Source: the human T2T-CHM13v2.0 reference genome, Homo sapiens. Taken from it: 64,000 nt of DNA. Both the position numbers and the translations under genes were made by a program. The notes below the pieces were generated by a model, which saw nothing but the letters and a program-made list of their open reading frames with translations, searched no databases and was not told the origin of the DNA. Where the stretch lies: the NCBI RefSeq assembly GCF_009914755.1, contig NC_060943.1; one strand, written 5' to 3'. This document shows positions 57,887-64,000 of this stretch, piece by piece (position 1 is the first letter of the stretch; each line of letters starts with the position of its first letter).

Positions 57887-60019
57887 CTATAACAGCATTT
57901 TCATTCATTCATTCATTCATTCATTTTTTAATTCATTTGCTTATTTAGCAAATTTTCTTGATCATAAGTTTCTCATTGTTTCATTTTATTCAAGGCATGT
58001 TTTGTTGTAAAAAGTCTGAAAATCATATGCAGCCGAGTTGGCAGTCTTTTCTTTTGTGGTTTGTACATTTTTGTCATGTTTAAGACAACTTCCATGTCTC
58101 AAGATCATAAAGATAGTCTCCTATCTTTATGTTCCAGGTACTGGGGAAAGAGAAGTGAACACAATAGATGTGATTCCTGCCTCTATGGTACTGATAACCC
58201 AGGGAAGGAGATAGATTAAAAAATAAGAAAAACATATAGTAGGATCAATGATGATACGTGTCATGGAGAAAAAAGGGAGGCTTGGGAAAGGTAGGTGTGG
58301 GTGCGTTGTAATAATTGAAATAGGGAGATCAGGATTGAAATAGGGGGATCTCAGCCTTGCTGAGAAAGTGACATTTGAACAGAGACTTGAGAGAGATGAA
58401 GGGGGGAGTCATGCATGTATCAGAGGAAGAACATTTCCTAGTCAGAAAGAACAGCCTGTGCAAAGGCCCTGAGGTGGGATAGTGCCTAGTGTTTTGAGGA
58501 AGATTGAGGAGGCCCATGTGGCTGGAGTGGAGTGAGTAAGGGGGAGAGAGGGAGGAGGCGAGGGCAGGGAGGTGATGGAAGCAGGTTGTGGAGGACTTTG
58601 TGGGCCAAGGTGAGGACTTTGGCTTCCTTTCTGAGTGATATGGGCATGAGGGGGACGTTTCCAAGTATATTTCTGTTGTAGTTCTCCCCTTACCTCCATC
58701 CTGTGGTGTGTGAGGCTGAGTGAAAATAAACCCACCACATAAGTGCAGGAGAGCTGGCTCATTGTCTGGGGTGGGGATAGGTGGGGACTGACCACAGTGT
58801 TGCTGTGACTCATGTCCCCCTAAATGGCCACATTCTCCCTGCGCTCAGAGCCAGGGTGCTCATCCCATCCCTGCTTCTAAACTTCTCTGAGATATGACGG
58901 ACAGGGCAGGTAAAGCTACTCCATGAGGTGGAATCATGGAAGAAAAACACAGATGGTTCTTTTTTTTCTTTATGAAGCTGTCTTCCACTAAATAATTATT
59001 TTTGACAAGTGTGGGAGAAAGGGTAATCAGATGCATGTGGGGGATGCTGGAAGGGCAAAGGGATGGCTGAGGTGGGAGATGAGTCAGTGAGGAAGTGGCC
59101 AGGAATAGTTCTCAAGGCATTGCATGGTAGGTAAACAGGAAGGTAAACAGCTCAGGCAAACAGGAAGAGCTGGAGATAAGTTGGAGATAAACTGGTTACT
59201 CTGGGGAGGAAGGCCATGGAGGGGAAAGGAAGTAAAGGCTTCAACTTGCCCTGCAAATACCATGACTCCTGAGGGTCTGTCACCTATGACAAGCAGACTC
59301 ATTTCTTGGCTGCCTAGTCTGGGCCAGTGGTTGTGCTGGTGATTTATCCTAGATTTTGTTTGACCCTCTGAAAAAGCCTTCATTATTATGATCTCCATTA
59401 ACAGATGGGGAAACTGTGACTCAGAGCAGTTATGTATCTTGCCTAATATTACTTAGTTGGTGACTGGGCCACTTCCCGCCTCATCACTGCACCAGTGTCA
59501 TTGGCTAACTTTCTATTCCTTGAGATTCTTTCCTGCCTCAGGTCTTTGCATTTGCTTTCCCTCTGCCTGGAATTTCCCTGAGTCTTTAAATGACTCTTTT
59601 TTCCATCTTCAGGTCTCGGTTCCAATGCCACCTCCTCAGAAAGGCCCTCCCTGTACATCCAGTCTAAATAAGAGCCCCAGTTATTTGTGTTGAGCATGTA
59701 CCCATAGTAGGTGTTCAATAAATACTTGTTGAACAAATCAATGAAGTGAATAGGTTCAGATGAGCCTCTTAGTAAAAGCTTCCATTGTAGCTCTTACTTA
59801 ATTCAAGAGTTAGATCCTGTGTCACCAGGTTTTATGATCTGGAGGATGAGGATGGGGATTCTTCTGTTGCATTCACCCAAAAAGCTTTTGTATTTGGGAC
59901 AGAGCCTGTCATGCAAGTGTGTGAGAAATATTGTTGAATTGAATCTGAGGTTTGATAAGGAAACAGGAGCCATGTTATGGGGCAGAGGGAGACAAAGAAG
60001 GAGGGTGTCACGTAAGTCT

Positions 60020-60550
60020 TTCCTTCATTCATTCACTCACTCATCTGTCCACTCATTCACTCACTCATTTATTCTTGCACTCATCCACTCACTCATTCAC
60101 TTACTCATCATTCATTGATTCACTCACTAATTTATTCATTCAGCCACTCATCCATTCACCCACTCATTCATTCACTCATTCATCCATTCACCCACTCATT
60201 CACTCACCCACTAATTCAATCCCTTCCTCCCTTACTCATTCATTCATGCACTCATGTATTCATTCATGCACTCCAGTCCCTCACTCATTCATCCACTCAC
60301 TCACGAATTCATTCATTCATCCACTCACTCACTAATTCATTCATCCACTCACTCACGAATTCATTCATTCATCCACTCACTCACTAATTCATTCATTCAT
60401 TCACTCACTAATTTGTTCACTCTCTCATTCACTCACTCACTCATTCACACATTCACTCACTCATCCACCCATCCATCCATGCGTTCATGCACCCATCCAT
60501 CCATGCATGCGTGCATGCATTCATCCATCCATCCATTTATTTATTCACCC
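60020..60550. repeat. (CATT/CACT)n simple repeat
   Basis: cattcattcactcactc... tract. Confidence 0.9.
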
Positions 60551-60777
60551 ACAACCTTCCAGAAACAATGAAATCTATTCCTTTTGGAATAGATTTCAAA
60601 GGGTGGCCCTTACAGAACCTGCCCTTTGATAAGAAGATGGACAACCTTCAGGTGAACAAATAGACAATCAGTACTGTGTCAGATGCTACTGAGGGCTGTG
60701 AGCTTATGGCTGGGGCATTCGGGGACTGGGCAGGTCAGGGAAGGTCCCTCTGAGGAGGTGACATTTGAACCAAGACC

Positions 60778-61135
60778 TAGAAAACCTTAGTAAGTGAAAG
60801 AAGCCAGCCACAAAAGGACATATGTTGTCTGACTTCATTTGTGTGAAATATTTGAAACATGATTCTTAGAGACAATAAGCAGATTGGTGGTTGCCAGGGG
60901 CTGGGGGAGAGGTGGGAATGGGAGTGACTGCTAATGGGGATGGGATTTCTTTGAGGATGATGAAAATGTTTTGGCTGGAGGCACTCACTGCACACCATTG
61001 TGGCAGGCGAGAATTCTACCACTGAACCACTGATGCCTGACTGCACACCATTGTGAAGGCACTAAAGGCCACATTGGATTGGACACTTTAAAATGATTAA
61101 TTTTATGTTATGTAAATTTCACCTCAATTAAAAAA
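60778..61135 (+). mobile_element. Old L1M 3' end hosting the tRNA-half insertion
   Basis: taagtgaaagaagccagccacaaaagg...agattggtggttgccaggggctggggg...tttatgttatgtaaatttcacctcaattaaaaaa. Confidence 0.8.
61000..61036 (-). pseudogene. 5'-half tRNA-Gly(GCC) retropseudogene, tailless, with 16-bp TSD
   Basis: Minus strand reads GCATCAGTGGTTCAGTGGTAGAATTCTCGCCTGCCAC, i.e. tRNA-Gly-GCC nt 1-37 with about 2 mismatches. Flanked by direct repeat actgcacaccattgtg at 60987-61002 and 61040-61055. Confidence 0.88.
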
Positions 61136-61141
61136 ATGCTA

Positions 61142-61444
<303 letters not shown>

Positions 61445-62707
61445 CTAGTGAGTCTGCCATGCCCAGAGGAAGGCCTGCACCTGAGATCAAAAGGGACAGA
61501 GAGATCAGGGAACAGGGCGCAGAGTATGAGGATATGGGAGGAGAATCACCCCTTGTTGGCCCCCACTTGGAAATGGGGGCGTGGGAGCCCTGCCAGCCCT
61601 GGCTTTGTGGGTATGCCAGGGTGACAGGGTGTGAAGCGCCTGGACCTGCCTGGGTAGGGAAGTAACTCACATGCACACACACTCCCGCCCCTTTTTGCGT
61701 GGGAGACACAGCATATGCGTGTTCACGTATGTGCTCAGATCAGGGCGTGTAGGTGTGGGCATGATACCTACATGTATACACATGTGTGCTTGAGCCTGGG
61801 GGTGAAGGAACCGCCTCAAGTCTCTCCATATGCCCCCCCACAAGCCGTGTTGTGGGGCTGAAGCCTTGCGGAGGATGTAGGGGATGGGGGAGAGTTGAGT
61901 TCCCTCCCCTAAGGCCACTGGTGTGCCCCCTCCCCCATCACCCCATCTCTCCCGCCTATGAAGGACCTGGGAGCAGCCCCAGCCTCCCCTCTCCCCCATA
62001 CTGTAAATTCTGAGAAATCCTGTCCTGTGGTTTGGCCTAGGCCGTCCTCGCCCGCCTTCGTCCCCAGCAGGGCTGCCCTGGCCACTGTCTTCCTGTCTTG
62101 GGGCCTGGGTTTGGGGTCATGGGGAAAGACTAAGAACCCCCGTCCCAGCCTGGGTTCTTAGACAGAGGGGAGAGGGCTCTGCCCTGCTTCTCACGACTTT
62201 GCTTTGCCTCTCTGGGCCTCAGTTTCCTCTTCTACAGAATGGGGATAATTGTAGTTCCTACCCCCCGAGGGCTGTGGGAGAAGTCGAGGAGGTGACACCC
62301 ACGGGGAGGTGAGAGCTGAGTCTGGCAGGTCCTAACGCACCTGCTACATGCTGGCTGTCACTGTTATTCATTTTCTGCATCTTGCTTTACTCCAGACTCC
62401 ACACTTTTATCCTCGCTGTTCCCTTACACAGAATGTCCTCATCCCTCTCCTCCTTGGCAAACCCAGGAATAATCCAAATCCTAACTCAAATTCCATTTCC
62501 TCCGGAAACAGGGGAGGGTGGTGAGATGAGCTGGATCTGGCAGGCAGGAAACCTGGGATCTCAACTCTGCCACGGACATGCTGGATGGCTTTGAGCAGGC
62601 CACTGTCCCACACCGTGACTCAGTTTCCCCATTCGAGCTCTGATGCTCCAGGGTTTTTTTTTTTTTTGAGTCTCTTTTTTTTTTTTTTGAGTCTCTTTTT
62701 TTTTTGA

Positions 62708-63043
<336 letters not shown>

Positions 63044-63787
63044 TGACACATGGTCTTGCTCTGTCACCCAGGCAGTGGCATGATCATAGCTCACTGCAGC
63101 CTTGAACTCCTGGCTCAAGTGATCCTCCCACCTCAGCCTCCCAAGTAACTGGGACTACAGGCGTGTGCCACCATGCCAGGCTAATTTTTTAGCTTTTGTA
63201 GAGTCAGGGTCTTGCTGTGTTGCTCAGGCTGGTTGCAAACTCCTGAGCTCAACTGATTCTCCTGCCTCTGCCTCCCAGTGTTGGGATTACAGGTATAAGG
63301 CACTGCACCTGGTACTTGGTGTCAAATTGTAAAATGAAGCCAAGCTTGCCCCCGCATCTGCTCAGCCTGAATTGGTGGCCTCAACATCATCTCTGCTGGG
63401 TTCATCATTTCCCTAGTGGAATAACCCTGTCCTCTCCAAATACTTCCTCTCCTGGGCCTCGCAATAAACAGGGGCCCTCTCTCTCTGCTCAAACCCTTGA
63501 GAGAGGGTGTCCAGGTCCTGGGTTGCTGTCTGTCTGTCTGTCTGTCTGGAGGGTGAGTCCAAGGCTGGACTCGGGGGTCCGTCTTTGGCACGATCTAGTT
63601 GCAACAGCAGCCCCACCATCTGTTGAGAGCTTGCTGTGTACTAAGCATGCTAAGTCCACTTCATGCATTAGTCAAAAAGCAGTTTTAAAAATTTATGTCT
63701 GGCCAGGCGCAGTGGCTCACGCCTGTAATCCCAGGACTTTGGGAGGCCGAGGTGAGCAGATCATTTGAGGTTAGGAATTCGAGATCA

Positions 63788-64000
<213 letters not shown>

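Overview
Primate (most likely human) genomic DNA, extremely Alu-dense (roughly 80-90 Alu copies or fragments by eye), with L1, L2/MIR, MaLR/ERV LTRs, DNA transposons and several mini/microsatellites. Only one ORF looks like a real gene: an uninterrupted + strand CDS at 53906-54775 (289 aa). It has an NFIL3/E4BP4-type bZIP plus the LPHKLRIK motif of the NFIL3 repression region, which I recognise as NFILZ (human chr19p13.2, from memory). Splice signals allow a 6-exon model starting near 7380. Its internal 5'UTR exons are carved from three TE classes (MER41A LTR, antisense L1, MER103-like hAT element), and the spliced leader carries 12 upstream ATGs. Other notable items: a tailless retrocopy of the 5' half of tRNA-Gly(GCC) with a 16-bp TSD; complementary GGAT/ATCC tracts bracketing the coding exon; an old inverted+direct duplication whose copies each seeded a minisatellite; two G-rich VNTRs with PRDM9-type motifs; a zero-spacer inverted Alu pair; and candidate enhancer and CTCF sites. 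Nearly all other ORFs in the track are Alu or simple-repeat artefacts. Repeat subfamily names come from recalled consensus sequences and need RepeatMasker/Dfam confirmation.
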